Origin: Thermodesulfobacteriota bacterium
GTDB lineage: Bacteria > Desulfobacterota_D > UBA1144 > Nemesobacterales > UBA2774
Direction of reading: 5' to 3'
DNA length: 64,000 bases
Assembly (NCBI GenBank): GCA_965216785.1
Contig: OZ244197.1
Location: forward strand, 2,432,001-2,496,000
A program made the position numbers and the translations under genes. A model generated the notes under the pieces. The model did not search any database. It was given only the letters and a program-made list of their open reading frames with translations, and had not been told where the DNA came from. Shown here piece after piece: positions 39,671-51,960 of this stretch. Numbering within the stretch: the stretch's first letter is position 1; the number at the start of each line of letters is the position of its first letter.

Positions 39671-40409
39671 AACAAAAGCTAAGATAGCTCTGGTAACCGG
39701 CGGATCTAGAGGCATAGGACGCTCTATAGCGGAGAGGCTCGCAAGCGAAGGATTTTACGTTGTTATAAACTACGTGAGCAACGAATCAGCTGCAAAAGAC
39801 GTACTTTCAGCGATTGAAAGCGCTGGAGGAAAAGGACAAATCGCGCCTTTTGACGTATCTGATTTTGACGCAACGCAAAAAGCCGTGGAAGATATTGTTG
39901 AAGAGCTCGGCGGACTCCATATACTTATCAATAACGCCGGCATCACCCAGGATACTCTTTTAATGAGAATGAAAGAGGAAGACTGGACTAACGTAATATC
40001 AATAAACCTAAATGGTGTGTTTAACTGCACTAAAGCAGTTACGCGTATTATGATTAAACAGCGCTACGGCAGAATAATAAACCTTACATCCGTAGTAGGT
40101 GAGATGGGCAATTCGGGCCAGACAAATTACGCTGCCTCAAAAGCAGGTATAATCGGCTTCACAAAAGCGGCGGCAAGAGAACTTGCGTCTCGCTCGGTTA
40201 CTGTTAACGCGGTGAGCCCGGGTTTTATAGAAACGGATATCACAATGGCGCTCACTGATGAAATAAGAAAAAGTTATATAGAAAAAATACCGCTCGGCAG
40301 ATTCGGATCAACCGAAGATATCACCGGAGTAGTGGCTTTTTTGACTTCTGATGAAGCTTCATACATCACAGGTGAGGTGATCAGGGTTAACGGCGGAATA
40401 TACACATAA
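39663..40409 (+). CDS. fabG: 3-oxoacyl-ACP reductase
   Basis: TGGSRGIG, NNAGIT, YAASKAG; fab operon context. Confidence 0.96.
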   Translation: MTETKAKIALVTGGSRGIGRSIAERLASEGFYVVINYVSNESAAKDVLSAIESAGGKGQIAPFDVSDFDATQKAVEDIVEELGGLHILINNAGITQDTLLMRMKEEDWTNVISINLNGVFNCTKAVTRIMIKQRYGRIINLTSVVGEMGNSGQTNYAASKAGIIGFTKAAARELASRSVTVNAVSPGFIETDITMALTDEIRKSYIEKIPLGRFGSTEDITGVVAFLTSDEASYITGEVIRVNGGIYT

Positions 40410-40430
40410 TAGATAAGGAGGTATTAACAA

Positions 40431-40676
40431 ATGGCAGATGAAAAAGAGATTCTTGCTAAAGTAAAAGAAATGGTTGCCGGACAATTAGGGAAATCAGAGG
40501 ACGAGATAAATCCCGAGTCTTCATTTATAGAAGACCTGGGAGCTGACTCACTTGACTTGGTTGAGCTCATTATGTCCATGGAAGACGAGTTTGGTCTCGA
40601 GATTTCAGACGAAGACGCTGAATCGATCATAACAGTACAAGACGCAATTAACTTTATCGGAGAGCGCAAAAAATAA
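40431..40676 (+). CDS. acpP: acyl carrier protein
   Basis: [12 protein letters not shown]. Confidence 0.98.
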   Translation: MADEKEILAKVKEMVAGQLGKSEDEINPESSFIEDLGADSLDLVELIMSMEDEFGLEISDEDAESIITVQDAINFIGERKK

Positions 40677-41908
40677 TGGAAAGAAGAGTAGTGGTTACTG
40701 GGATAGGTCTCATAACCCCCGTCGGCATTGGAAATAAGGAGAGCTGGGAAGGTGTTCTAAACGGACGCTCAGGAGTGAATACTATTGAGCGTTTCGATCC
40801 TTCAGCCCTCAAGACACAGATAGCCGGCGAAGTAAAGGGTTTTAACCCTGAGCTATATATGCCCGCCAAGGAAGCCAGGAAAACGGATATTTTCATACAC
40901 TATGCCGTTTCCGGCACTAAAATGGCTCTTGAAGACGCGGGACTTGAAATTACAGACGACATCTCAGAGCGCACGGGCACCGTCATAGGAACTGGCATCG
41001 GAGGTATGGAAACATACGTTAACACCGTTCTCATGATGGAGAAAAGGGGACCGGACCGCCTCTCGCCTTTCTTCATCCCCAACATTATTACCAACATGGC
41101 CGCAGGTTATGTCTCTATAATGTACAACGCCAAAGGACCCAACTGCGCTACCACCACTGCTTGCGCGGCAAGCGCCCACGCCATCGACTACTCTGCTATG
41201 TCAATCAGAAGGGGCGAAGCGGACATTATGATTACAGGCGGGACCGAAGCTCCTCTTGTCCCGCTAACTATAGCCGGATTTAACGCAATGAGGGCGCTTT
41301 CGACCAATAACGATGACCCGCAGGGCGCCTCGAGGCCCTTTGACAAAGAAAGGGACGGATTCATCATAGGAGAAGGCTCCGGAATCCTTATACTGGAAGA
41401 GCTTGAATTCGCGAAGAAAAGGGGGGCAAGGATCTACGCCGAACTGCTTGGCTGCGGAATGAGCTCTGACGCAAGCCACATTACCGCACCGTCGCTCGAA
41501 GGCCCGGTTAAGTCTATGAAAGACGCAGTTAAAGACGCCGGGATAACCCCTGAAGAAATTGACTACATTAACGCTCACGGCACTTCGACGCAGCTAAACG
41601 ACGCCAATGAGACCGCGGGGATAAAACAAGTCCTGGGAGACCATGCTTATAAAACCCCCGTAAGCTCGACTAAGTCGATGACGGGCCACATGCTCGGAGC
41701 CGCGGGCGGAGTGGAAGCGGCATTTTCAATTCTAGCCCTTAATGACGGTGTAATTCCCCCGACAATCAACCTCCACAATCCCGATCCTGATTGCGACCTC
41801 GATTACGTGCCTCACGAAGCGAGACAAGCCCCTATTAAAACCGTTCTCAGTAACTCATTTGGGTTCGGAGGCACGAACGGCTCTCTCATTTTCAGAAAAT
41901 ACGAATAG
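40676..41908 (+). CDS. fabF: beta-ketoacyl-ACP synthase II
   Basis: TACA, NAHGTST, GHMLG, SNSFGFGG. Confidence 0.97.
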   Translation: MERRVVVTGIGLITPVGIGNKESWEGVLNGRSGVNTIERFDPSALKTQIAGEVKGFNPELYMPAKEARKTDIFIHYAVSGTKMALEDAGLEITDDISERTGTVIGTGIGGMETYVNTVLMMEKRGPDRLSPFFIPNIITNMAAGYVSIMYNAKGPNCATTTACAASAHAIDYSAMSIRRGEADIMITGGTEAPLVPLTIAGFNAMRALSTNNDDPQGASRPFDKERDGFIIGEGSGILILEELEFAKKRGARIYAELLGCGMSSDASHITAPSLEGPVKSMKDAVKDAGITPEEIDYINAHGTSTQLNDANETAGIKQVLGDHAYKTPVSSTKSMTGHMLGAAGGVEAAFSILALNDGVIPPTINLHNPDPDCDLDYVPHEARQAPIKTVLSNSFGFGGTNGSLIFRKYE

Positions 41909-42087
41909 AAAGCCTCTAATATTCAGCAGTGATAAAACTACAGCCGCCTCCGGTCCAGCCCCTCGTTTTTAACGATTTCATCTTCATTACCAGTCTTAAC
42001 CGAGACAAACTCGGTGCGGATGCATACGCTTCTTCCCGCGTTTTTAATCCACAATACCAAATCTTCTATATTACATCCTGAAAATCC

Positions 42088-42115
42088 TTGCTTCTTTAAG
42101 AATTAAGAGTAAAAT
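42088..42115 (+). promoter_or_regulatory. putative sigma70 promoter of acnA
   Basis: TTGCTT-N16-TAAAAT. Confidence 0.4.
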
Positions 42116-42161
42116 AATGCGGGTTTAACCTCCCTTTTTACTATAAGCTAAGGAGATAGGA

Positions 42162-44855
42162 ATGAGTGAAATAAATAACAATCTGAATGCGCTTTCTGCG
42201 CTTAAAACTTCCCAAGGAGAGGTAAAATACTACTCTCTTAATACTGTAGCCGACAAACTTGGCGCCGATCTGTCCCGCCTTCCCGTTTCAATTAAGATAC
42301 TACTGGAGAACGTTATAAGAAACTATGACGGGAAAGTAGTAAACGACGGCCACTTAGAGGCATTGGCCAAGTGGGACCCGGCCAATAAAGAGGCGCGCGA
42401 GATACCCTACAATCCGGCGCGAGTAATACTCCAGGACTTCACCGGAGTGCCCTGTGTTGTGGACCTTGCCGCGATGAGGGCAATCGTTAACAATCTCGGT
42501 GACGACCCAAGCAAGATAAACCCTATCGTCCCGGTAGACCTGGTGATAGACCACTCGGTGCAGGTCGACTATTTTGGCGCACACGACGCGTTTAAGCGTA
42601 ACGTGGAGCGCGAGTACGAGCGTAACGGCGAAAGATACGCGTTTTTACGCTGGGCACAAAAAGCGTTTAATAACTTCAGGGTAGTGCCGCCCGGAACAGG
42701 CATCGTACACCAGGTAAACCTCGAATGCCTCGCAAGCGTAGTAGGCTCAAAGCAAGTTGGCGGCGAGACCGTTGCTTTCCCGGATACACTGGTGGGTACA
42801 GACTCTCACACCACAATGATAAACGGCCTGAGCGTACTCGGATGGGGAGTAGGCGGCATTGAAGCCGAGGCATGTATGCTGGGGCAGCCGCTCTACATGC
42901 TGGTTCCGGACGTTATAGGATTTAAGCTGCACGGCGAGCTCGCAGAAGGAGTCACAGCGACAGACCTCGTGCTCACTGTTACTGAAATGCTTAGGAAAAA
43001 AGGTGTGGTTGGAAAATTCGTTGAGTTCTATGGCCCCGGGCTAAGCCAATTGGCGCTTTCGGACAAAGCAACTATCGCGAATATGGCCCCTGAATACGGC
43101 GCTACTATGGGATTCTTCCCCGTAGACGAAGAGAACCTCCGCTATCTCAAAATCACCGGTAGAGACAAAGAGCTGGTTGAGCTGGTGGAAGCATATACGA
43201 AAGAGCAGGGACTGTTCAGAACCGATGATACTCCGGACCCCGTTTACACAGATTCACTTGAGCTGGACATATCCACTGTTGAGCCTTCCATGGCCGGACC
43301 GAGCCGTCCGCAGGACCGTGTATCGCTTAAAGAGTTAAAGCCCTCTTACGAGAGCGTGCTTAAAGAAAAAGCAGGCGCGGACGTTGAGATAAATAAAAAA
43401 GTGGATATCGATATGGAGGGTAAGCCCGCAGAGGTAGGAAACGGATCGGTGGCCATAGCCGCCATAACGAGCTGCACTAATACATCAAACCCCTCTGTAA
43501 TGATAGCCTCAGGGCTCGTCGCTAAAAAAGCTGTCGAGAAAGGGCTTAGCGTTAACCCCTCAGTGAAGACAAGTCTCGCTCCGGGCTCAAGGGTGGTTAC
43601 CGATTACCTGGACGCGGCTGATCTTACCAAATATCTGGATCAGCTGGGCTTTGATCTTGTAGGTTACGGCTGCACTACCTGCATCGGCAACAGCGGGCCG
43701 CTGCCTGAAGCTGTGGAAGAGGCCATTAAAAATAACGATCTCACGGTAGCGGCGGTACTCAGCGGAAACAGAAATTTCGAAGGGCGCGTTCACCCATTTG
43801 TAAAATTCTCATACCTGGCGTCTCCACCGTTGGTTGTAGCTTTCGCTCTTGCGGGCAGCGTTGACATCGACGTTTATAACGAGCCTATAGGACAGGGCTC
43901 GGACGGACAGGACGTATATCTAAAGGACATTTGGCCTACACAGCAAGAAGTGCGGGACACGGTAGAGAAAGTACTAAACCCAGAGATTTTCAGAGCTCAG
44001 TACTCAACGGTATTTGACGGCGATGAAACGTGGCAGTCACTTCCTGTACCTGAAGGCAACCTCTATGACTGGAACGAGGGCTCGACGTATATAAGAGAGC
44101 CTAATTTCTTTGACGATTTTTCACTTGAGCTCCCCGAAACAACAGACATAAAAGGTGCGCACGTGCTGGCGCTGCTTGGGCATTCGATTACGACAGACCA
44201 CATATCGCCCGCAGGCTCCATCCCTACAGACGGCCCCGCAGGCCGTTATCTTATAGAAAAAGGCGTAGAGCCCCGAGAGTTCAACAGCTTTGGCTCGAGG
44301 AGAGGAAACCACGAGGTAATGGTAAGGGGAACATTCGCCAACATTCGCATTAAAAACCTGTTGATAGAAGGCTCTGAGGGAGGCGTCACTAAACACGTGC
44401 CCACAAACGAGGAGCTATCGATTTATGAAGCCGCCACTATGTATCAAAAAGAAAGCACCCCGCTCGTAGTAATCGGCGGGAAGGAGTACGGAACTGGAAG
44501 CTCTCGCGACTGGGCAGCCAAGGGAACGAACCTGCTCGGCGTAAAAGCGGTAATAGCTGAGAGCTTTGAGAGGATTCACAGAAGCAACCTCGTAGGCATG
44601 GGAGTGCTGCCCCTTCAATTTAAGGAAGGTGAAAGCGCAGAGACTTACGGTATTACGGGGCATGAGATTATAGATATAGACGGAATAGCGCAGGGGCTTA
44701 CGCCGGGGAAGGAAATTATGGTTAAAGCTACAAGCCCGGACGGAGGAGAAGTGCCGTTCCCGGTAATATGCCGTCTGGACAGCCCGGTTGAAGTAGATTA
44801 CTACAAAAACGGGGGCATATTGCAGACAGTACTGAGACAAATGATTGCGAATTAG
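42162..44855 (+). CDS. acnA: aconitate hydratase A
   Basis: [51 protein letters not shown]. Confidence 0.98.
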   Translation: MSEINNNLNALSALKTSQGEVKYYSLNTVADKLGADLSRLPVSIKILLENVIRNYDGKVVNDGHLEALAKWDPANKEAREIPYNPARVILQDFTGVPCVVDLAAMRAIVNNLGDDPSKINPIVPVDLVIDHSVQVDYFGAHDAFKRNVEREYERNGERYAFLRWAQKAFNNFRVVPPGTGIVHQVNLECLASVVGSKQVGGETVAFPDTLVGTDSHTTMINGLSVLGWGVGGIEAEACMLGQPLYMLVPDVIGFKLHGELAEGVTATDLVLTVTEMLRKKGVVGKFVEFYGPGLSQLALSDKATIANMAPEYGATMGFFPVDEENLRYLKITGRDKELVELVEAYTKEQGLFRTDDTPDPVYTDSLELDISTVEPSMAGPSRPQDRVSLKELKPSYESVLKEKAGADVEINKKVDIDMEGKPAEVGNGSVAIAAITSCTNTSNPSVMIASGLVAKKAVEKGLSVNPSVKTSLAPGSRVVTDYLDAADLTKYLDQLGFDLVGYGCTTCIGNSGPLPEAVEEAIKNNDLTVAAVLSGNRNFEGRVHPFVKFSYLASPPLVVAFALAGSVDIDVYNEPIGQGSDGQDVYLKDIWPTQQEVRDTVEKVLNPEIFRAQYSTVFDGDETWQSLPVPEGNLYDWNEGSTYIREPNFFDDFSLELPETTDIKGAHVLALLGHSITTDHISPAGSIPTDGPAGRYLIEKGVEPREFNSFGSRRGNHEVMVRGTFANIRIKNLLIEGSEGGVTKHVPTNEELSIYEAATMYQKESTPLVVIGGKEYGTGSSRDWAAKGTNLLGVKAVIAESFERIHRSNLVGMGVLPLQFKEGESAETYGITGHEIIDIDGIAQGLTPGKEIMVKATSPDGGEVPFPVICRLDSPVEVDYYKNGGILQTVLRQMIAN

Positions 44856-45039
44856 CGTAAACCCGCTCAGAGCGCAGTTTCAATTAAGATTCGCAATCTG
44901 CCACTTAAATGGGTGAAGTGAGCAAAGCAATAACATGCAATCAAGCATCTTAATGTACGCATATGCTTAGTGCACATTTGATATTTAGTACAGTTTGTTT
45001 ATATTTTGACACGAAAAATTAAATAGATAGGAGTAAAGA

Positions 45040-46287
45040 ATGCCAGTTGAAAAACCCGCAGAGGGTAGAAAGATCGAAATCGATCACGATAATGAAAGAT
45101 TGATAGTGCCCGACAACCCTATAATCCCTTTTATAGAAGGAGACGGAATAGGGCCGGATATTTGGAACGCGTCCCAGATTGTATTCGACGCCGCAGTGGA
45201 AAAAGCTTACGGCGGGGCCAAGAAAATAGCTTGGCACGAAGTACTTACGGGCGAAAAAGCATATGAGACAAAAGGGGAGTGGCTTCCCGAAGAGACGCTT
45301 GAGGATTTAAGGGAATACACTGTATCCATAAAGGGGCCGCTTACAACGCCTATTGGCGGTGGCATCAGGAGCTTAAACGTAGCTCTGAGACAGCTCCTTG
45401 ACTTATACGCTTGCGTGCGCCCGGTGCGTTATATTAAAGGCACCCCTTCACCCGTAAAGAACCCTGAGGCAATGGATATGATTATCTTCAGGGAAAACAC
45501 TGAGGACGTGTACTCTGGAATAGAATGGCAGAGCGGCAGCAAAGAAGCTATTGAAATCCGAAACTACCTGGTAGAGAAGTACGGCGTGAATATCAGAGAG
45601 GGATCGGGTATAGGCATAAAACCGATCAGCCCCTTCGGCAGCAAGAGACTTGTTAGAAAAGCGATAAAACACGCATTACATAAGGGAATAGACAGCGTTA
45701 CGCTCGTTCATAAAGGGAATATAATGAAATATACCGAGGGAGCATTCAGAGACTGGGGATATGAGATCGCAAAAGAAGAATTCCCAAGTACAACGGTTTC
45801 AGAAGACGATCTCTGGGATAAGTATGACGGCAAGACGCCTGAGGGCGCTGTTGTGATTAAGGACAGGATTGCCGACAATATGCTTCAGCAGATACTAACC
45901 AGAACGAAGGACTATAAGGTAATCGCGACACCAAACCTAAACGGTGATTATCTCTCCGACGCCTGCGCCGCGCAGGTGGGAGGGCTGGGAATGGCCCCCG
46001 GAGCCAACATAGGGGACTATCTTGCGCTCTTTGAGGCGACTCACGGCACGGCCCCGAAATACGCGGGACAGGACAAGGTAAACCCAAGCTCCGTAATACT
46101 CTCAGGGGTAATGATGTTCGAGTACCTGGGCTGGGACGAGGCTTCCGAGCTAATTATTAAAGCGATGGAAAAAACCATACTCGATAAAACTGTGACGTAC
46201 GATCTGGAACGTCAGCTCGATGGGGCTACTCTTCTCAGCTGTTCACAGTTCGGCGAGGCGATTGCCGAGAATATGGACAAGGTATAA
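45040..46287 (+). CDS. icd: isocitrate dehydrogenase (NADP-type)
   Basis: [34 protein letters not shown]. Confidence 0.97.
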   Translation: MPVEKPAEGRKIEIDHDNERLIVPDNPIIPFIEGDGIGPDIWNASQIVFDAAVEKAYGGAKKIAWHEVLTGEKAYETKGEWLPEETLEDLREYTVSIKGPLTTPIGGGIRSLNVALRQLLDLYACVRPVRYIKGTPSPVKNPEAMDMIIFRENTEDVYSGIEWQSGSKEAIEIRNYLVEKYGVNIREGSGIGIKPISPFGSKRLVRKAIKHALHKGIDSVTLVHKGNIMKYTEGAFRDWGYEIAKEEFPSTTVSEDDLWDKYDGKTPEGAVVIKDRIADNMLQQILTRTKDYKVIATPNLNGDYLSDACAAQVGGLGMAPGANIGDYLALFEATHGTAPKYAGQDKVNPSSVILSGVMMFEYLGWDEASELIIKAMEKTILDKTVTYDLERQLDGATLLSCSQFGEAIAENMDKV

Positions 46288-46358
46288 GCAATAAGATAAG
46301 CAAACAAACGATGGGGACAATTGGATTTATCCCTAAAATAAAAACAAGGAGCAGTTAA

Positions 46359-47306
46359 ATGAGCAGAAGCAGACCTAAAATTTCGGTCATAGGCGCAGGA
46401 AACGTAGGCGCATCGACCGCACTCATGCTCGCAGGACTAGAGCACGGAGACATAGTACTTGTGGATATCGTAGATGGCATGCCCCAGGGCAAGGCTCTTG
46501 ATATGATGGAAATGAACCCGGTTCTCGGCTGGGACTCAATTATCACAGGCACGAACAATTACGAAGACACCGCAGGCTCAGACATCGTGGTTATCACTTC
46601 AGGTATACCGCGTAAGCCCGGCATGAGCCGCGACGACCTTATATCCACCAACACGGCGATTGTGAAGCAGGTAACTGAGAATGTAGCCAAAACTTCTCCT
46701 AACGCTATTCTGATACTAGTAACGAACCCTCTTGACGCTATGGTCTACGTAGCACATAAAATTAGCGGATTTCCGAAAGAAAGGGTCATGGGTATGGCCG
46801 GAGCGCTCGATTCAGCCAGGTTCTCGGCGTTTATCGCCATGGAGCTTGACGTATCGGTAGAGAACATAAACGCGTTTGTTCTTGGCGGGCATGGAGACGA
46901 CATGGTGCCTCTAGAGAAGTACACCACCGTAGCTGGCGTTCCGATCACTGAGCTTATGCCAAGGGACAGAGTCGAATCCATTATCCAGAGAACAAGAGGC
47001 GGAGGCGGCGAGATCGTAAAGCTTCTTAAGACAGGAAGCGCGTTCTATGCCCCGGCGGCATCGGCTGTTGAGATGGTTGAGGCCATACTAAAAGATAAGA
47101 AGAAAATCATCCCCTCCTGTGTATTGGCAGAGGGCGAGTACGGCATTGAAAGCACGTTCGTCGGTCTTCCCGTGAAGCTTGGCAGAGCTGGAGTCGAAGA
47201 GATCTTGCAAATCGATCTTTCTGACGAAGAGAAAAAGGCGCTTCACGTGTCTGCAGGCCACGTAAAAGAGCTCTGTGAGCACATAGAAAGCATGGGAATT
47301 TTGTAA
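46359..47306 (+). CDS. mdh: malate dehydrogenase (LDH-like)
   Basis: [17 protein letters not shown] (Arg specificity residue), LDSARF, GGHGD. Confidence 0.97.
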   Translation: MSRSRPKISVIGAGNVGASTALMLAGLEHGDIVLVDIVDGMPQGKALDMMEMNPVLGWDSIITGTNNYEDTAGSDIVVITSGIPRKPGMSRDDLISTNTAIVKQVTENVAKTSPNAILILVTNPLDAMVYVAHKISGFPKERVMGMAGALDSARFSAFIAMELDVSVENINAFVLGGHGDDMVPLEKYTTVAGVPITELMPRDRVESIIQRTRGGGGEIVKLLKTGSAFYAPAASAVEMVEAILKDKKKIIPSCVLAEGEYGIESTFVGLPVKLGRAGVEEILQIDLSDEEKKALHVSAGHVKELCEHIESMGIL

Positions 47307-47323
47307 GTTTCCAATTAATTTAC

Positions 47324-47352
47324 TTGACTAGATTTAGGTCTTAATATAACAT
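47324..47352 (+). promoter_or_regulatory. putative sigma70 promoter of the sdh operon
   Basis: TTGACT-N17-TAACAT. Confidence 0.55.
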
Positions 47353-47426
47353 TACAGGCCTGATTTTTCAGTGTTATTTCTGACCATAAACTAGTATTAA
47401 ACAGTAACATTCAGGGAGGAATTCTA

Positions 47427-48158
47427 ATGGCAAACGGGACTGCGCAGAGCGGGATAACTCTGAGGCGGGACAATTGGTGGGTTGGACCACTAATCACAGC
47501 ATGCGTGCTTGGCGCATTCGGCATATACTCAACATGGCGCGCATTCGCAAACGTTGACTTTTTGGTACAGCCCTATCTTTCACCATTCTATTCACCTTAC
47601 ATACTGGCCTCATGGTGGCCTTTCTCTCCGGCTCTATTGATACTCTGGGCACCGCTCGGGTTCAGGGCCACGTGTTACTACTACAGAAAAGCGTATTACC
47701 GCTCGTTCTTCATGGCGCCCCCGGCCTGCGCTGTAAAGCCGCTTGCCAAGGAAGGCTCCTATAAGGGCGAGACATCTATGCCTTTCATCTTACAGAACAT
47801 TCACCGCTACTTTTTCTACGCCGCGGCTGTTGTGCTGTTTTTCCTCTGGGTGGACGCGTTTCACGCGCTCTGGTTCGAAGACGGATTTGGTATCGGCGTA
47901 GGCACCATCGTGCTCTTCGTAAACGTAGTGCTGCTCAGTATGTACTCACTGTCCTGTCATTCTTACAGACACCTAGTGGGCGGTAAGCTCAACGTGTTCT
48001 CGGCTTGCCCCAGGCGTTTTATGATATGGAGCAGAGTGAGTGTTTGGAACGAGCGCCATATGATGTGGGCATGGCTAAGCCTTTTCAGCGTCGCGCTCGC
48101 TGATCTTTATATATTCCTTTTGGCCAAAGGCGTAATCACAGATTTGAGGTTGATATAA
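47427..48158 (+). CDS. succinate dehydrogenase membrane anchor, mycobacterial Sdh1 (type F)-like
   Basis: YLSPFYSP, FRATCYYYRKAYYRSF, PPAC, NIHRY, SCHSYRH, HMMWAW; about 5 TM; abuts sdhA. Confidence 0.85.
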   Translation: MANGTAQSGITLRRDNWWVGPLITACVLGAFGIYSTWRAFANVDFLVQPYLSPFYSPYILASWWPFSPALLILWAPLGFRATCYYYRKAYYRSFFMAPPACAVKPLAKEGSYKGETSMPFILQNIHRYFFYAAAVVLFFLWVDAFHALWFEDGFGIGVGTIVLFVNVVLLSMYSLSCHSYRHLVGGKLNVFSACPRRFMIWSRVSVWNERHMMWAWLSLFSVALADLYIFLLAKGVITDLRLI

Positions 48159-49883
48159 ATGGAAAAGTTCGAGACTCATAAACACGATGTATTGGTAATT
48201 GGCGCAGGCGGAGCAGGCCTGAGGGCCGCAATAGAAGCTTCCGCACGCGGAGCGTCCGTAGGGCTTGTGTGCAAGTCGCTGCTCGGAAAGGCGCATACGG
48301 TTATGGCCGAGGGCGGAGTCGCCGCAGCGCTCGCGAACGTTGACCCTGATGACGGCTGGAAAACTCACTTCCATGATACAATGCACGGCGGGAAGCTGCT
48401 GAACAACTGGCGCATGGCTCAGCTGCACGCCCAGGAAGCCCCTGAGAGGGTACTGGAGCTAGAGCACTGGGGGGCGCTTTTTGACAGAACTAAACAAGGA
48501 AAAATAAACCAGAGAGCATTCGGCGGACACACCTGGAAAAGACTCGCGCACGTTGGCGACCGCACAGGGCTGGAGATGATCCGCACCCTTCAGGACAAGG
48601 GCATACACACAGGTATGGAAGTATATATGGAATGCACCATTACGCATCTCCTAAAAGACGGAGAGCGCATCGCCGGGGCATTCGGATACTGGAGAGAGAG
48701 CGGTCGTTTTGTGCTCTTTCAGGCAAAATCAATAATCCTCGCAACCGGAGGAATCGGCAAATCCTTTAAGGTAACTTCAAACTCCTGGGAGTACACGGGG
48801 GACGGTCACGCTCTTGCTTACGATGCTGGAGCGGACCTGATAGACATGGAGTTTGTACAGTTCCACCCCACAGGCATGGTATGGCCTCCGAGTGTGAAGG
48901 GCATACTAGTGACCGAGGCCGTAAGAGGAGAGGGCGGTATTCTAACTAACAGAGAAGGCGAAAGGTTTATGGAAAAATACGACCCCGAGCGCATGGAGCT
49001 GTCCACAAGGGACGTTGTGGCAAGATCTATTTACACTGAGGTGCTCGAAGGCAGGGGATCACCCCACGGCGGGGCGTTCCTCAACATTTCCCACAGGGGA
49101 GCGGATTACGTAAAGAAAAAACTCCCGAGCATGTATCATCAGTTTAAGGAGTTCGCTGAAATAGATATAACCAAAGAGCCTATGGAAGTGTTCCCCACAA
49201 CCCACTATGTAATGGGCGGAGTCAGGGTGGACGCGGAAACCGCCGGCAGCACTGTTCCCGGTCTGTTCGCTGCGGGAGAAGTCGCTGGCGGAATGCACGG
49301 CGCCAACAGACTCGGCGGGAACTCCCTATCTGACCTCCTGGTTTTCGGACGTAGAGCCGGCATGGGGGCAGCGGATTACGCAAATGAGATTAGCGACAAC
49401 AGCCTCAACATTAATGACACTCAAGTAGAAGAAGCAGTTAAAGAAATGCTTGAGCCCTTTGAAAACCCCGAGGGCGAGAACCCTTATACGATTCACCAGG
49501 CGCTTCAAGAAGCCATGGGGGAATACGTAGGTGTTTTCCGTACTCATGAAAAAATAAGCGAGGGCGTAGAAGAGCTTGAAATATTAAAGGAAAGGGCCGT
49601 GACTCTTAAAATAGAAGGCTCGAGGATGTATAACCCGGGATGGCACCTGTGTAAAGACCTGAGATCGATGCTCATAGTATCTGAGGCCATTGCGCGCTGC
49701 GCGCTTCAGAGAGAGGAAAGCAGAGGGGCCCACAGCAGGGTCGATTTCCCTGAGTATGACGAGAAATGGGGAAAGGTAAATTCCGTAATTTCAAAAGACA
49801 ACGGGAACATGAAGATAGACACATCACCACTTCCTGAGATGCCTGAAGAGCTTAAGAGAATTGTTGACGGAGGATATAAATAA
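48159..49883 (+). CDS. sdhA: succinate dehydrogenase flavoprotein subunit
   Basis: GAGGAG, AHTVMAEGG, QFHPT, EAVRGEG, HYVMGG, HGANRLGGNSL. Confidence 0.95.
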   Translation: MEKFETHKHDVLVIGAGGAGLRAAIEASARGASVGLVCKSLLGKAHTVMAEGGVAAALANVDPDDGWKTHFHDTMHGGKLLNNWRMAQLHAQEAPERVLELEHWGALFDRTKQGKINQRAFGGHTWKRLAHVGDRTGLEMIRTLQDKGIHTGMEVYMECTITHLLKDGERIAGAFGYWRESGRFVLFQAKSIILATGGIGKSFKVTSNSWEYTGDGHALAYDAGADLIDMEFVQFHPTGMVWPPSVKGILVTEAVRGEGGILTNREGERFMEKYDPERMELSTRDVVARSIYTEVLEGRGSPHGGAFLNISHRGADYVKKKLPSMYHQFKEFAEIDITKEPMEVFPTTHYVMGGVRVDAETAGSTVPGLFAAGEVAGGMHGANRLGGNSLSDLLVFGRRAGMGAADYANEISDNSLNINDTQVEEAVKEMLEPFENPEGENPYTIHQALQEAMGEYVGVFRTHEKISEGVEELEILKERAVTLKIEGSRMYNPGWHLCKDLRSMLIVSEAIARCALQREESRGAHSRVDFPEYDEKWGKVNSVISKDNGNMKIDTSPLPEMPEELKRIVDGGYK

Positions 49884-49884
49884 A

Positions 49885-50616
49885 ATGTCGGTAGCCAAAA
49901 TGAGAGTATACAGAGGGGACAAGGAAGGCGGCAGGGAGATGGAATACGAAGTACCTCTTGAAGAGGGCATGGTGGTACTCGATGCACTTCATTTCATACA
50001 GGCCAATTACGACGGAGATCTTGCGGTCAGATGGAACTGCAAAGCGGCAAAATGCGGCTCTTGCAGCGCTGAGATCAACGGGATGCCCGCACTTACTTGT
50101 AAGACCCGCCTGGACACTCTGCCTCTTGACAGGCCGATAACCGTGTATCCGGTAAAGACATTTCCTATAATAAAAGATCTTGTGACGGACGTTTCATGGA
50201 ACTATGAAGCCAGAAAGAAAGTACAGCCCTTCACCCCGGACCCTGATACGGACTGGATTATGTACCAGGAAGACGTGGAAAGGAGCCAGGAGTTCAGAAA
50301 ATGCATTGAGTGCTTTCTCTGCCAGAACGTCTGCCATATCCTTAGGAACCACAACAAGAAAGACGCGTTTTTCGGTCCCCGCGTAATGATAAAAATGGCC
50401 GAGCTCGAGATGCACCCGCTCGATACAGTCGACAGAAAGCCTCAGCTTCGCGGAGAGGCCGGTATCGGGTACTGCAACATCACAAAGTGCTGCACAGATG
50501 TGTGCCCAGAGGATATTCACATTACAGACAACGCAATCATACCTCTAAAGGAAAGGGTGGTCGACACGTATTTTGATCCGCTTTCCTGGCTGTTTGGAAA
50601 ATCAAAAAAAGGCTAA
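49885..50616 (+). CDS. sdhB: succinate dehydrogenase Fe-S subunit
   Basis: WNCKAAKCGSC..C, CIECFLCQNVC, CNITKCCTDVCP. Confidence 0.95.
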   Translation: MSVAKMRVYRGDKEGGREMEYEVPLEEGMVVLDALHFIQANYDGDLAVRWNCKAAKCGSCSAEINGMPALTCKTRLDTLPLDRPITVYPVKTFPIIKDLVTDVSWNYEARKKVQPFTPDPDTDWIMYQEDVERSQEFRKCIECFLCQNVCHILRNHNKKDAFFGPRVMIKMAELEMHPLDTVDRKPQLRGEAGIGYCNITKCCTDVCPEDIHITDNAIIPLKERVVDTYFDPLSWLFGKSKKG

Positions 50617-50640
50617 TATCACAGAACCGGAGAAACTAAC

Positions 50641-51801
50641 TTGAATATACACGAGTACCAGGCAAAAGAGCTTCTATCCAATTACGGGGTTTCAGTCCCG
50701 ATGGGCAAAGTCGCTTTCGACCAAGATGAAGCGCATCAGATAGCTTCAGACTTAAACACCGAGAAATATGTTGTTAAAGCGCAGATACACGCCGGCGGCA
50801 GGGGCAAGGGAGGAGGAGTAAAGCTCGCAAGCGTGCTTGAAGAGGTAAAACAGCTCGCCGAAGAGATTCTGGGCATGAACCTCGTCACCCACCAGACCGG
50901 ACCCGAAGGAAAGCTCGTTGGAAAAGTGCTCGTAGAAGAAGCTTCACAGATAGAAAAAGAGTTCTATCTCGGCATGGTAATCGACCGCTCCACAGAAAAG
51001 ATCGTAGTCATGGCAAGCCCGGAGGGCGGCGTAGAGATCGAAGAAGTTGCGAAACACAGCCCTGAGAAGATAATTAAACAGTTCGTAGATCCCACGGTTG
51101 GGCTTCTTCCTTTTCAATGCAGAGAGATCGCGTACTTTATCGGCCTACAGGGAAAAGCCGTCAACCAGGCCGTAAAGCTTATCATGGGACTATACAACGC
51201 TTTTGTAGATAACGACTGCTCACTTGCGGAGATAAACCCGCTTATTCTTACCAAAGATAACCAAGTGACAGCGCTTGACGCAAAAATGAATTTTGACGAT
51301 AACGCGCTTTTCCGCCACCCCGGCATAGAAAAGCTTCACGACCCGACAGAAGAAGACCCGACAGAGCTCGAAGCGAAAGGCTGGGGCATCAGCTACGTAA
51401 AGCTCGACGGCGACATTGGATGCCTGGTAAATGGCGCTGGTCTGGCTATGGCGACAATGGATATCATCAAGCACCACGGCGGAGAGCCCGCGAACTTCCT
51501 TGACGTAGGCGGCGGCGCCACTACAGAGCAGGTAACGCAGGCGTTTAAGATGATACTTAGCGACCCTAACGTAAAAGCCATATTCGTAAACATATTCGGC
51601 GGCATTATGAAGTGCGACACCATTGCCGAGGGCATCATAACGGCCTCAAAAGAAGTAGGAATCGAGGTTCCTCTCGTCGTAAGGCTCGAAGGCACGAACG
51701 TAGAGCTTGGAAGAGAGCTGCTCTCACAGTCGGGACTCAACATTATTACCGGAAAAGACATGCGCGAAGCTGCCGGTAAAGCCGTAGACGCGATTAAGTA
51801 A
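50641..51801 (+). CDS. sucC: succinyl-CoA synthetase beta subunit
   Basis: [37 protein letters not shown]; TTG start. Confidence 0.96.
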   Translation: MNIHEYQAKELLSNYGVSVPMGKVAFDQDEAHQIASDLNTEKYVVKAQIHAGGRGKGGGVKLASVLEEVKQLAEEILGMNLVTHQTGPEGKLVGKVLVEEASQIEKEFYLGMVIDRSTEKIVVMASPEGGVEIEEVAKHSPEKIIKQFVDPTVGLLPFQCREIAYFIGLQGKAVNQAVKLIMGLYNAFVDNDCSLAEINPLILTKDNQVTALDAKMNFDDNALFRHPGIEKLHDPTEEDPTELEAKGWGISYVKLDGDIGCLVNGAGLAMATMDIIKHHGGEPANFLDVGGGATTEQVTQAFKMILSDPNVKAIFVNIFGGIMKCDTIAEGIITASKEVGIEVPLVVRLEGTNVELGRELLSQSGLNIITGKDMREAAGKAVDAIK

Positions 51802-51930
51802 TCTAATTGCATCCAAGGACAGTAAATCACCATCTAAACTGTTAACCAAGCATCCGAAATATATCAATTTAGTGTGTATAACTACCCTAAATCCAAAGAT
51901 TTATTTATTTTATATTACCCATTTCACCCC

Positions 51931-51960
51931 CTTGACATATCGGAGATGATGATTACATAT
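51931..51960 (+). promoter_or_regulatory. putative promoter of rpoH-dnaK (sigma70- or sigma32-like)
   Basis: CTTGAC-N16-TTACATAT directly before an AAAGGAGG RBS. Confidence 0.45.

Noticed and set aside
41909-42087. Possible ncRNA or small minus-strand ORF between fabF and acnA (ACCGAG-acaaa-CTCGGT hairpin at 41999-42015)
   Set aside because: Single 6-bp stem, no recognisable RNA family, and the ORFs lack a good start or RBS
44856-45039. Third REP-like copy (GGTGAAGTGAGCAAAGCAAT) after acnA
   Set aside because: Too degenerate to separate from chance
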